A DNA stretch of 64,000 nucleotides from an uncultured Gammaproteobacteria bacterium (GTDB lineage: Bacteria > Patescibacteriota > Patescibacteriia > Magasanikbacterales > GWA2-37-8). A program made the position numbers and the translations under genes. Under the pieces are notes generated by a model that was not told where the DNA came from, did not search any database, and saw nothing but the letters and a program-made list of their open reading frames with translations. Below are positions 45,966 to 55,268 of the stretch, one piece after another. Each line of letters begins with the position of its first letter. Within the stretch, counting starts at the first letter, position 1. Location: assembly GCA_964634875.1 (NCBI GenBank), contig CAZWKA010000005.1, positions 27,167 through 91,166 on the forward strand, given 5' to 3'.

Positions 45966-46151
45966 GATTTATGGACGACTCAACTCGAAAAGTGCTGCTC
46001 AGATTTTCATAAGAAAAGTCTGCTGGAAAAGTTGAAATGGTATTTGCAACTCCAGCTGAGTTTGACGCAATGGTGCGGTGCGGTGAAATTTGGGATGGTC
46101 AGACATTGGCTGCTTGGGCGCTGTGTCGTCATTATTGTATGAATTAATTTT

Positions 46152-46739
46152 GTGAAAAATATATTTAAAAGTAAAAAGTCAATTTGGGCACTGATTAATG
46201 CAATTGTTTTTATTATTTTGTCTGTTATTTTGTATCTGCGGCAAGGTAGCTTCGAATCGCCTTTGTCGAGTTCACGCTTGGATGTTGTCCAGGACGACAG
46301 CGAGACGCCCGGGCAAAGCGTACAAACGATTGAGACGACTACTACGAGTGTGGCTGTTGTGGTGCGGGTAATTGATGGGGACACTGTCGAACTATCAACG
46401 GGCGCACGCGTCCGGTATATCGGCATTAATACTCCCGAGACTGTTGATCCACGCAAATCGGTTGAATGTTTTGGCAAAGAGTCGTCGGCCTACAACAAGC
46501 AGTTGGTGCTGGGTCAAGAGGTTCGTCTTGAAAAAGATGTTTCCGATACTGACCGTTACCATCGACTGCTCCGGTATGTCTATTTGGAAGACGGGACTTT
46601 TTTGAATTTGAAACTTATTGAAGACGGCTATGCGGATGCGGCTACGTATCCACCAGATACCAAATACAGCGAGCAATTTGTTACAGCTGCCAAGGTCGCG
46701 CGTGAAACCGGCAAAGGGCTCTGGGGGAAATGTAAATAA
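46152..46739 (+). CDS. membrane-anchored staphylococcal-nuclease-like (SNase) thermonuclease
   Basis: N-terminal TM helix; SNase core RVIDGDTVEL...RYIGINTPE...DRYHRLLRYVY. The opposite-strand ORF 46007..46477 is rejected. Confidence 0.8.
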   Translation: MKNIFKSKKSIWALINAIVFIILSVILYLRQGSFESPLSSSRLDVVQDDSETPGQSVQTIETTTTSVAVVVRVIDGDTVELSTGARVRYIGINTPETVDPRKSVECFGKESSAYNKQLVLGQEVRLEKDVSDTDRYHRLLRYVYLEDGTFLNLKLIEDGYADAATYPPDTKYSEQFVTAAKVARETGKGLWGKCK

Positions 46740-46992
46740 TGTCCAAATATTCACAGTGAAGACTTTTATTCGCTCGACAAGACGAAACAGCCCCCGATGA
46801 AGCTCAGGGTTGAAAAAATCGCCAAGAATGAAGAAGAATATGAAAGTGATGTAGATGACATTAAAAGCGGATTTGGTTTTCGCCCTTTACTATTTAGGGT
46901 ACATAAAAGACTCTCCCAAGGTTTGAGCACGTTCGAATGACATTTCCTGAGCGTTTTCCAGATGAAGCCCTAGAATAAGGCAGCGGTTTACC

Positions 46993-47021
46993 TTGTTAAT
47001 TTTGGCTAATAGCTGTATACT
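46993..47021 (+). promoter_or_regulatory. promoter TTGTTA, 17 bp, TATACT
   Basis: Ends 10 nt upstream of the ATG at 47032. Its -35 is the TTG alternative start of the over-extended track ORF. Confidence 0.45.
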
Positions 47022-47031
47022 AGGGGTAAAT

Positions 47032-49254
47032 ATGGATAGTATCGACCAAACAGAAAACGAAAAGCTGGCTGCCTCAATTGATCCGACAATCAATTTTTTT
47101 GGCATGACTAATTACCGGAACCAGAACCGGCGTTTTGGTATTAAGATTGATGACCGGCGCCGTCATATGTATTTGGTGGGGAAGACAGGTATGGGTAAAA
47201 CCACCATTCTTGAGAACATGGTTATTAACGATATTTATTCCGGCCACGGTATTGGGCTGGTAGATCCGCATGGCGACTTTGCCGAAAAGGTGCTTAACTT
47301 TGTTCCCGCTAACCGTATTAACGATATTGTCTATTTCAATCCTTCGGATATTGATTATCCGATTGGGTTTAATATTTTGGAATCAATTAACCCCGATTAC
47401 AAACACTTAGTGACCTCGGGTCTGATGGGTGTCTTTAAAAAGATTTGGCCAGACGTCTGGAGTGCCCGTATGGAATATATTTTGAATAATACGATTTTGG
47501 CGCTGTTAGATTTTCCAGGTACGACACTCTTGGGTATTAACCGTCTACTTGCTGATAACGAGTACCGCAAGCGAGTGGTTGCCAACCTAAAAGATCCGGT
47601 GGTCAAAGCTTTTTGGCAAACTGAGTTTGCGGGATACAGCGATAAATATAAGCAAGAAGCCGTTGCGCCTATCCAAAACAAGATTGGTCAATTTTTGTCA
47701 GCATCAATTATCCGCAACATTGTGGCTCAGGTCAAATCGCGTATCGATATCCGCGAGATTATGGACAGCAAGAAAATTTTTATTATGAACTTGTCCAAAG
47801 GGCGCATTGGTGAAGATAACTCGCGCCTCCTGGGCGGTATGCTTATTACCAAGATCCAGCTTTCGGCCATGGAGCGTGTCGATATAATTGAAAAAGACCG
47901 TAAAGATTTCTTTTTGTATGTTGACGAGTTCCAAAACTTTGCCACGGAAAGTTTTGCGAATATTTTGTCCGAAGCCCGTAAGTACCGCCTTGATTTGATT
48001 ATGGCACACCAGTACATGGAACAGCTTGATGAAAAGGTGTTGGCGGCGGTTATTGGTAACGTTGGTACTATGGTTACCTTCCGAGTAGGATCGAGTGATG
48101 CCGAAATTTTGGCTAAAGAATTTATTCCAACATTTGTGGAAGAAGATTTAGTTAACTTGCCCAAGTACCATGTTTATTTAAAACTCATGATTGACGGTGT
48201 TGCGTCGCGACCATTTAGCGCAATGACCTTGCCGCCTATTGGCAGTCCAACCGGAAGCTTGGAGAAAGTAATACGCGTTTCGCGTGAACGCTATGCAGTT
48301 AATCGCAATACCATTGAAGATAAGATTGCAAAATGGAGTGGTATGCTTATAAATGCCGAAGACGTTGAGGCAGAAATGGCGCTTGGTCCCGATGTAGTTA
48401 CTTTTAAAGAAGATTTACCTCCGAAGCCAGCGGTTGTGCCTCCACCTCTGGCTAATGTCTCAACTCCACTTCCTGTCGTACCGCCCGCTCCGGCTAGTGT
48501 CCCAAAACCGGCTGAAAACCGTACTCCAGCTGCCCCAGCATCGCCGGTTCCGCCGAGTTTGGTAAGTGCTCAGCAGCAACGTGCCGTGTATGTTAATCGG
48601 ACTACTCCTTTGCCAGCATCTTCGCCTGCTGTAAGGTCGCCGCAATTACAGCCAATGCGTGAGCCGCAGCGGGATACTTTTCAGCGTCCGCCGCAGCTTC
48701 GTGATCAATCTGCCGCTGGTTTAGGCTCTGCAATGGGTGCAGATGGCGAGCGAAGAAAAAAGCGGCGGCGCAAAAAGAAAGGTTCTGGTTCGGGCTCCTT
48801 GCCCTCACAAGGGGAACAAGTGCTCTTGGTTGATCCGGCACAACAGGGGATATCGCTTAGCGCCATGCTTCCTAAAAACGCGCCGCAGAATGACCGGTCG
48901 CGAGACATTCGTCCGCCTCGGCAGCCGCAGGCACCACAACAGCCAACGAGCATGCCCGAACAACGCCAGGGTGAGCGCCGCGAGCAGTCGGGTGCACCTG
49001 AGCCAATTAATTTGGGTAGCCCGGTACAGCCTCGTGAACAACCGCCAGTACAACCACCTGCGCCTGCTGCACCCCGTCCAGCGCCAGTTGCACCACCGAC
49101 ATCAGCTGTTCCGACGGCTCCGCCACCACCTGCTCCAATGGCACCGCCACCGCAGCCTCGGCCCGAACCGCCACCAACACCGCCAGCTCTTCGTCCCGAA
49201 CAGCAACCAACCCAATTACAGCCGGGGCAAGTCGTAAAGCTTGATATACATTAA
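47032..49254 (+). CDS. orphan VirD4/TraD/TrwB-like (FtsK-HerA superfamily) P-loop ATPase with a ~300-aa Pro/Gln/Ala-rich disordered C-terminal tail
   Basis: Walker A LVGKTGMGKTT and Walker B FFLYVDEFQNF, ~430-aa core. The tail (from ~aa 450) is low-complexity PPAPA-type with an RKKRRRKKK cluster. Confidence 0.65.
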   Translation: MDSIDQTENEKLAASIDPTINFFGMTNYRNQNRRFGIKIDDRRRHMYLVGKTGMGKTTILENMVINDIYSGHGIGLVDPHGDFAEKVLNFVPANRINDIVYFNPSDIDYPIGFNILESINPDYKHLVTSGLMGVFKKIWPDVWSARMEYILNNTILALLDFPGTTLLGINRLLADNEYRKRVVANLKDPVVKAFWQTEFAGYSDKYKQEAVAPIQNKIGQFLSASIIRNIVAQVKSRIDIREIMDSKKIFIMNLSKGRIGEDNSRLLGGMLITKIQLSAMERVDIIEKDRKDFFLYVDEFQNFATESFANILSEARKYRLDLIMAHQYMEQLDEKVLAAVIGNVGTMVTFRVGSSDAEILAKEFIPTFVEEDLVNLPKYHVYLKLMIDGVASRPFSAMTLPPIGSPTGSLEKVIRVSRERYAVNRNTIEDKIAKWSGMLINAEDVEAEMALGPDVVTFKEDLPPKPAVVPPPLANVSTPLPVVPPAPASVPKPAENRTPAAPASPVPPSLVSAQQQRAVYVNRTTPLPASSPAVRSPQLQPMREPQRDTFQRPPQLRDQSAAGLGSAMGADGERRKKRRRKKKGSGSGSLPSQGEQVLLVDPAQQGISLSAMLPKNAPQNDRSRDIRPPRQPQAPQQPTSMPEQRQGERREQSGAPEPINLGSPVQPREQPPVQPPAPAAPRPAPVAPPTSAVPTAPPPPAPMAPPPQPRPEPPPTPPALRPEQQPTQLQPGQVVKLDIH

Positions 49255-49283
49255 TTTTTCTTACCTTTTCTGTTATTCGTGAT

Positions 49284-50534
49284 ATGCGTTATTCACATCT
49301 GTTTGGAAAAACCAGTAAAACAGCTCCGGCTGACGCCGAGAGTCGGAATGCACAACTCTTGACCCAAGGTGGATTTATTTCTAAGCAAATGGCAGGGGTC
49401 TATAATTATTTGCCGCTCGGTTTGAAGGTGCTTAGTAAAATCCAAAATATTATTCGTGAGGAATTGTCTGTGATTGGTGCGCAAGAAATTTTGATGCCGG
49501 CAATGAGTCAGGAAGAAAGTTACGTTACTACTGGCAGGCAGGGGATGGATGTTTTGTTCCACATGCTTGGTCAGGGTGATACACAACTTGTTTTGAACCC
49601 GACGCACGAAGAAGTGGTGACGCCGCTCGTTCAGAAATATACTTTTTCATATCAAGATCTGCCAACTGCGGTGTACCAGATCCAGAATAAATTCCGTAAT
49701 GAAGCGCGGGCGAAGTCTGGGTTGTTGCGTGGTCGGGAGTTTAATATGAAAGACCTGTATTCATTCCATACTTCAAATGAAGATCTGGATGCCTATTATG
49801 AAAAAGTACAGCAGGCTTATCATAAAATTTACCAACGCCTCGGTATTGGAGAGCGAACACTTTTAACCTACGCTTCAGGCGGGGATTTTAGTAAGTATTC
49901 GCACGAGTTCCAAACCCTTTCGGAGATTGGTGAGGACACAGTACATGTGTGTGAAAAGTGCCGAGTAGCTATTAACCAAGAAATTATTGCTGAACAACCA
50001 GGCTGTTCTTTGTGTGGCAACACCGAACTGGTTCCCCAGAAAGCAATTGAAGTAGGGAACATATTTAAATTACACCAGCGTTATTCAAATGCCTTTGGTT
50101 TTACATTTCAAGATAACGCTGGGGAGCAGAAGCCGGTCGAGATGGGGTGCTATGGTATTGGGCCCTCGCGCATTATGGGTACCTTGGTAGAAGTATTTAA
50201 TGATGAAAAGGGAATTGTTTGGCCGGCAGCCGTCGCTCCCTACCAGGTGCATGCGGTGGTGCTCGGTCCGGACGAGGCCGTCTTTGCGGCCGGTGAAACG
50301 TTATACCAAACACTCCTTGAAAAAGGTGTTGAAGTCCTTTTGGACGATCGGCCTGATGTTTCGGCTGGGGCAAAATTTGCCGACGCAGATTTAATTGGTA
50401 TTCCGCTCAGGATTGTTATTTCTAAAAAAACTTTGGCTCAGAATTCATTTGAGCTTAAAAAGCGTTCAGAAAAAGAAGCGCGTTGTATACCGCTCGAAGA
50501 AGTAGCGGGCGCAGTTATTTCCGCTATCGTATAA
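49284..50534 (+). CDS. proS: prolyl-tRNA synthetase (short bacterial type lacking the insertion/editing domain)
   Basis: Its N-terminus aligns with ProRS (TSKTAPADAESRNAQLL...YNYLPLGLKVLSKIQNIIREE), plus class II motifs and a C-terminal anticodon-binding domain. Confidence 0.85.
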   Translation: MRYSHLFGKTSKTAPADAESRNAQLLTQGGFISKQMAGVYNYLPLGLKVLSKIQNIIREELSVIGAQEILMPAMSQEESYVTTGRQGMDVLFHMLGQGDTQLVLNPTHEEVVTPLVQKYTFSYQDLPTAVYQIQNKFRNEARAKSGLLRGREFNMKDLYSFHTSNEDLDAYYEKVQQAYHKIYQRLGIGERTLLTYASGGDFSKYSHEFQTLSEIGEDTVHVCEKCRVAINQEIIAEQPGCSLCGNTELVPQKAIEVGNIFKLHQRYSNAFGFTFQDNAGEQKPVEMGCYGIGPSRIMGTLVEVFNDEKGIVWPAAVAPYQVHAVVLGPDEAVFAAGETLYQTLLEKGVEVLLDDRPDVSAGAKFADADLIGIPLRIVISKKTLAQNSFELKKRSEKEARCIPLEEVAGAVISAIV

Positions 50535-50537
50535 ACT

Positions 50538-50771
50538 ATGAATACTGTTACCATATACTCCACGCCGTCATGTGGTTTTTGCCATCAGGCTAAAGACTAT
50601 TTAACCGAAAAAGGGGTGGCTTTCACGGACATTGATGTCGCCGACGATCAAGTGAAAGCTGAAGAGATGGTCCAAAAATCTGGTCAGATGGGTGTGCCGG
50701 TGATCGACATCAATGGTCAGATCATTGTTGGTTTTGACAAGCAAAAAATTAATGCGTTGCTCCACCTATGA
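50538..50771 (+). CDS. glutaredoxin/NrdH-like redoxin
   Basis: 77 aa; CGFC active site (TIYSTPSCGFCHQAKDYL). Confidence 0.75.
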   Translation: MNTVTIYSTPSCGFCHQAKDYLTEKGVAFTDIDVADDQVKAEEMVQKSGQMGVPVIDINGQIIVGFDKQKINALLHL

Positions 50772-51361
50772 AGAATCAGATTGTCTTTGATATTGAAACC
50801 CAAAATACGTTTGCTGATGTTGAGAATGACTTCAAGAAATTGCGTGTTTCGGTAGTGTCGCTCTATTATTATGCCACTGACAAGTACGAAAGTTTTACCG
50901 AAGATGAGTTACCAAAGCTGTGGCCGATTTTTGAACATGCCGATTTGTTAATTGGGTATAACAGCGAGCATTTTGATTTGCCGGTTTTGAATAATTATTA
51001 CTTGGGTGATTTGCTGCAGTTTCCTAACTTGGATTTACTTAGAAAAATCAAAGAAAGTCTGGGTATTCGGCTTAAGCTTGACGATGTAGCACAAGCGACG
51101 CTTGATAATGTCAAGAAAAGCGCTGAGGGTCTACAGGCAATCCGGTGGTGGAAAGAAGGAAAAATTGATGAGATTAAAAAGTATTGCGAACAAGACGTTT
51201 TAGTAACCAAAGAAGTGTACGACTTTGGGCGTAAGAATAAGCAGTTATTTTACAAGTCGTTGACGAATGAGGTGCTGCCGTTTGCGGTTGATTTTTCTTT
51301 CCCCAAGCAGCATGCGGAGGCACAAACAAAGAAAAGTATTAATTTAACCCTGCCTTTTTAA
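50768..51361 (+). CDS. DEDDy-type 3'-5' exonuclease-fold protein
   Basis: Exo I FDIETQ, Exo II YNSEHFDLPVL, Exo III YCEQDVLVTKEVY. ATGA overlap with the glutaredoxin gene. Confidence 0.55.
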   Translation: MKNQIVFDIETQNTFADVENDFKKLRVSVVSLYYYATDKYESFTEDELPKLWPIFEHADLLIGYNSEHFDLPVLNNYYLGDLLQFPNLDLLRKIKESLGIRLKLDDVAQATLDNVKKSAEGLQAIRWWKEGKIDEIKKYCEQDVLVTKEVYDFGRKNKQLFYKSLTNEVLPFAVDFSFPKQHAEAQTKKSINLTLPF

Positions 51362-51367
51362 CCAGGT

Positions 51368-52549
51368 ATGGAAAAAAAAGCTGTTTACTTGGACCATGCA
51401 GCAGCAACACCGCTTCTTCCCGAAGTGTTGAAAAAAATGATGCCGTTTTTAACGGATCAGTTTGGTAATCCGTCAGCGCTCTACGGCCTCGGGGTAGCTG
51501 CCCACGACGCAGTTGAAAACAGCCGTGAAAAAGTTGCGCAAGTACTAGGGGCAGTTCCGGAAAACATTATTTTTACAAGCGGAGGAACGGAAAGTAATAA
51601 TTTAGCTATCCTTGGTGTGGCACGGGCACACGCAGGAAGCGGCAACCATGTTATTGCCATTGGTATTGAACATTCGTCAGTGCTTGAGCCGCTCAAAGAA
51701 TTGACGAAGCAGGGTTTTGAAATTACGTATGTACCTGTCGATCGCAGCGGGCTAGTCTCGGCGGAAGCTGTTTTGGCTGCATTAAAACCGGAAACGATTT
51801 TGGTAACTGTACTGTATGCCAATAACGAAATTGGTTCGATCGAACCGATCGCTGACATTGGTCGGGTGATTCTTAAATACCGACAGCATAATAAAACACA
51901 CTATCCGTATTTCCACACCGATGCCTGCCAGGCGGGTAATTATTTGGACTTGAATGTCGAGCGACTACATGTCGACCTGATGACGCTTAATGGTAGCAAG
52001 ATCTATGGACCTAAAGGGAGTGGGTGTTTGTATGTACGCCGCGGAGTGAAATTAGAAAAACTCGTGCATGGTGGAGGGCAGGAGCGTAATTTTCGTTCTG
52101 GCACAGAGAACGTAGCCGGAATAGTTGGTTTTGCCGAGGCGTTGTCCAAGGTACAATCAGAACGAGAAAAAGAAACAGAGCGTTTGCAAAAATTGAGCGC
52201 CTATTTTTGGGAAGAGCTATATCGATTACTCCCAGAAGCTGTGCTAAACGGCCCCATGTTTGGGATAAACCGTTTACCTAATAACGTTCATGTTACTTTG
52301 CCCGGTGTTGAGGGTGAGCGATTAGTGCTCTACTTAGGTGAAACAGGAGTCAGCTGTTCAGCCGCATCAGCATGTGCCAGCGAAAAGGGAGAAACCTCGC
52401 ATGTTTTACAAGCTATTGGAATTAGTGAAACGAATGCGAATCAAAGTGTTCGCTTTACCTTGGGGCGCGGCACGACGAAATCCGTTGTTGAGCATGTAGT
52501 AGGAGTAATTGCTCGGTTGCATAAAAAATTATTCAATCATGCTTTTTAA
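51368..52549 (+). CDS. cysteine desulfurase (class V aminotransferase, NifS/IscS-like)
   Basis: PLP-lysine region and the active-site loop GSGCLYVRR; 393 aa. Confidence 0.9.
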   Translation: MEKKAVYLDHAAATPLLPEVLKKMMPFLTDQFGNPSALYGLGVAAHDAVENSREKVAQVLGAVPENIIFTSGGTESNNLAILGVARAHAGSGNHVIAIGIEHSSVLEPLKELTKQGFEITYVPVDRSGLVSAEAVLAALKPETILVTVLYANNEIGSIEPIADIGRVILKYRQHNKTHYPYFHTDACQAGNYLDLNVERLHVDLMTLNGSKIYGPKGSGCLYVRRGVKLEKLVHGGGQERNFRSGTENVAGIVGFAEALSKVQSEREKETERLQKLSAYFWEELYRLLPEAVLNGPMFGINRLPNNVHVTLPGVEGERLVLYLGETGVSCSAASACASEKGETSHVLQAIGISETNANQSVRFTLGRGTTKSVVEHVVGVIARLHKKLFNHAF

Positions 52550-52566
52550 TTAGTTTACATTTTTGT

Positions 52567-53385
52567 ATGCAAGAAGCGTATGCAATGCGTCATGAGCCTC
52601 CGCAGGAAAGTGTTGATCGGCACTTTCCGTTTACCCGCTTTAAGGATTTTTTGCACGGTACATTATATAGCTTAAAACTTGATCCGAATTTAGCAGAACG
52701 GCACGCTAGCATTATTTACGGTATTAAAGGTGTAAAAAATATACTTGAGTATGTAAAGCGTAACTTTGGTCTGGATCGACTACAGGCCGAAGAATTTGCC
52801 CGTAAAATTATTCGTGAAGAGTTTAAGATTTTTTTAACTAAACCCCTTATGGGTTTTAGTGAGGATTTTGCTGATACATTTGGTGATGATTTGTATCAAG
52901 CGCCCAGCGTACAAGAAATTGAGCGCATACTTCGAGAAAATTTGCCTGTAAAGTTACGAAGTGATAGTAAGCGAAAGGCTTTGACTATTGCCCTGGCTGT
53001 TAAGGCGCAAGTGGCTGAGGCCTTGCCATCTTCGCCCAATGATTTGGATATAGGCGGTTCTGGCTCTCCGCTTAATGAAGATGAGTTAAAGAATGCTGGT
53101 CTGCAAATGGGCGCTATAGTGCCGGAACCTTATTTGGCTACCGAAACAATAGCGCAATCAAACCGCGAGCGAAGAATGACTATGCAGGCTGCCGGACGTA
53201 TTAAAACTCAGCCAAGTTATAGGCAAGATTTTGGTGATCAGGTGACTGCTGTAAAAACCGTGCAACTTGATTCAGGGCTTTTTGTAGACGAAGATACAGA
53301 CGTGCCGCGTTTAACTAATGACCACGAGGACACGACAATGCGGACTTTCGACCCCGCAAATCGGAAAAAAAAGAAAAAGAAGTAG
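52567..53385 (+). CDS. hypothetical protein, 272 aa, with a C-terminal poly-Lys tail
   Basis: Coherent ORF between the desulfurase and dnaG genes. No known motif. Ends in KKKKKK. Confidence 0.45.
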   Translation: MQEAYAMRHEPPQESVDRHFPFTRFKDFLHGTLYSLKLDPNLAERHASIIYGIKGVKNILEYVKRNFGLDRLQAEEFARKIIREEFKIFLTKPLMGFSEDFADTFGDDLYQAPSVQEIERILRENLPVKLRSDSKRKALTIALAVKAQVAEALPSSPNDLDIGGSGSPLNEDELKNAGLQMGAIVPEPYLATETIAQSNRERRMTMQAAGRIKTQPSYRQDFGDQVTAVKTVQLDSGLFVDEDTDVPRLTNDHEDTTMRTFDPANRKKKKKK

Positions 53386-53440
53386 TCCTTTCGTTCCGTA
53401 TTGACAGAACTGCCTGTAATAGTACTATTGACGTACCTCT

Positions 53441-55237
53441 ATGACTGATACGCAAGCGATAAAAGACCGGGTGAGCGTTGTCCAATTAATCCAGGAGTAT
53501 GTGCCTCTTAAGAAATCCGGGGCCAACTGGAAGGGGCGCTGTCCGTTTCACAACGAAAAATCTCCCTCATTCATGGTGCATGAAGAAAAGCAAATGTGGC
53601 ATTGCTTTGGCTGCAGCAAAGGTGGGGATATTTTTGCATTTATCCAAGAAATTGAAGGGATAGAATTTCCGGAAGCGCTCAAACTTTTGGCAACACGCGC
53701 AGGGGTACAGCTCGATACTTTTAAAAGTGAGATCAACGCGAGTCAGCGCAATCGCTTGCTGGATATCCAGGCTAAAGCAACACATTTTTTCCATCGTATT
53801 TTGCTTGATTTGCCACAAGCTAAACCAGCTCGGGATTATTTGGAAAAAAGAGGATTGACGCGGAGCGTCATTGAATTATGGAATATTGGTTTTGCGCCGG
53901 AGCAGTGGGATTTGCTAACTAAATATTTACGAGGCAAGGGTTTTACTTTAGACGATTTGGTTGCCAGCGGCCTCGTTATTCGCCGCGAAGACGCCGATCC
54001 TGCTAGTGGTCGGGGATTTTATGACCGTTTCCGCGGAAGGATCATGTTCCCTTTGGCTGATGTGCAGGGGGCAGTAGTCGGTTTTACCGGGCGGGTATTG
54101 GTTGAAACTGAGCGCTCCGGAGGAAAATATGTCAACAGCCCGCAAACACTCGTGTATGATAAGTCGCGTTTATTGTTTGGGCTGAACAAGGCAAAAACAG
54201 CTATTAAGGCCCAAGGTTTTGCGGTCGTTGTGGAAGGCCAGATGGACGTGATCGCTTGCCACCAAGCTGGGATGCAAAATGTGATTGCCGCTTCCGGAAC
54301 AGCTCTGACGGCTGAACAATTAAAGTTGTTGAAACGGTACACGACGACCCTGTGTATTTCTTTTGATGCAGACAGCGCTGGTTTAGCGGCAGACAAGCGA
54401 GGGATCGATGCGGCGCTTGAAGCTGGTGTGGCAGTAAAAATTGTCACTATTCCTGAGGGTGCAGGTAAAGATGCGGATGAATGCCTTAAAAAAGATAAGG
54501 CAGTTTGGTTTAAAGCGGTCGAAGAGGCTAAAGGGGTTATGGAATGGTACTTTGAGATTGCTTTTAAGGGTAAAAATATCGCTTCACCAGCAGGAAAACA
54601 GGGGGTTGCAAGCATTCTGTTGCCTCAAATTAATCGTATTGCGTACCCGGTAGAGCGGGATCACTGGCTGCAGGAATTAGCCTCGCGGCTTCAAGTTGAG
54701 CCACGAGTTTTGGTGGAAGAAGGGAAGCGGCTTAAGGAGCCGGTGGTTAAAAATCGTTTTGTGGGCTCTCGGGCTCCTGAGCCACCTAAAACCATCACTT
54801 TACGCCAGGAACGGCTAGAATTGCTGCTCAGAGCGCTATGGTCGCTCCTGAGTGCCTATCCGGAACATTTTACCGCTTTAAAAAATAAAGGGTTACGGCG
54901 GGTATTTGTGGCTGGTTCAGCGTTTGAAGCCCTTTACGATTTATATGAAAAGCACTATACTATGAGCCAAGGAAGCCCTTCTGACTGGCTTTTGTCCTAT
55001 GTTCCGCCTATTCCGGAAGCGTCACTGACTGTTTTGCAACTTAATAGTGAACGCGAGTACCCGAGCACAACTGCGGATAGTGCTTTGAAAGAACTTGAGA
55101 GTTTAGTTGTAGTAGTAGGTGAGGAATGGCGTAAACGCCGCCGCCGCGACCTTCAATTTCAGATTGAGCAGGCTGAAAAGGAGAAGAATGACCGTCTCCT
55201 CAAGGAACTCCTGAGTGAAATCCAGAGTTTGGCTTAA
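53441..55237 (+). CDS. dnaG: DNA primase DnaG
   Basis: CHC2 zinc finger (CPFHNEKSPSFMV...HCFGC) and a Toprim domain (VVVEGQMDV...DAD). Confidence 0.95.
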   Translation: MTDTQAIKDRVSVVQLIQEYVPLKKSGANWKGRCPFHNEKSPSFMVHEEKQMWHCFGCSKGGDIFAFIQEIEGIEFPEALKLLATRAGVQLDTFKSEINASQRNRLLDIQAKATHFFHRILLDLPQAKPARDYLEKRGLTRSVIELWNIGFAPEQWDLLTKYLRGKGFTLDDLVASGLVIRREDADPASGRGFYDRFRGRIMFPLADVQGAVVGFTGRVLVETERSGGKYVNSPQTLVYDKSRLLFGLNKAKTAIKAQGFAVVVEGQMDVIACHQAGMQNVIAASGTALTAEQLKLLKRYTTTLCISFDADSAGLAADKRGIDAALEAGVAVKIVTIPEGAGKDADECLKKDKAVWFKAVEEAKGVMEWYFEIAFKGKNIASPAGKQGVASILLPQINRIAYPVERDHWLQELASRLQVEPRVLVEEGKRLKEPVVKNRFVGSRAPEPPKTITLRQERLELLLRALWSLLSAYPEHFTALKNKGLRRVFVAGSAFEALYDLYEKHYTMSQGSPSDWLLSYVPPIPEASLTVLQLNSEREYPSTTADSALKELESLVVVVGEEWRKRRRRDLQFQIEQAEKEKNDRLLKELLSEIQSLA

Positions 55238-55268
55238 CTTTTAGTATCTTATATCTAATTTTACAAAC

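Noticed and set aside
46038-46148. 36-aa Cys-containing ORF (MVFATPAEFDAMVRCGEIWDGQTLAAWALCRHYCMN) in the HIT/SNase spacer
   Set aside because: Too short and no clear RBS or conservation signal I can assess. Mentioned only for completeness.
46007-46477. 156-aa minus-strand ORF overlapping the SNase gene
   Set aside because: The plus-strand frame has a strong staphylococcal-nuclease signature. The minus ORF has no features and odd composition.
46993-47031. Upstream extension of the VirD4-like ORF (track start at 46993, MLILANSCILGVN)
   Set aside because: The track start is a TTG that coincides with the -35 hexamer of a good promoter. The ATG at 47032 with an AGGGG RBS is the credible start.
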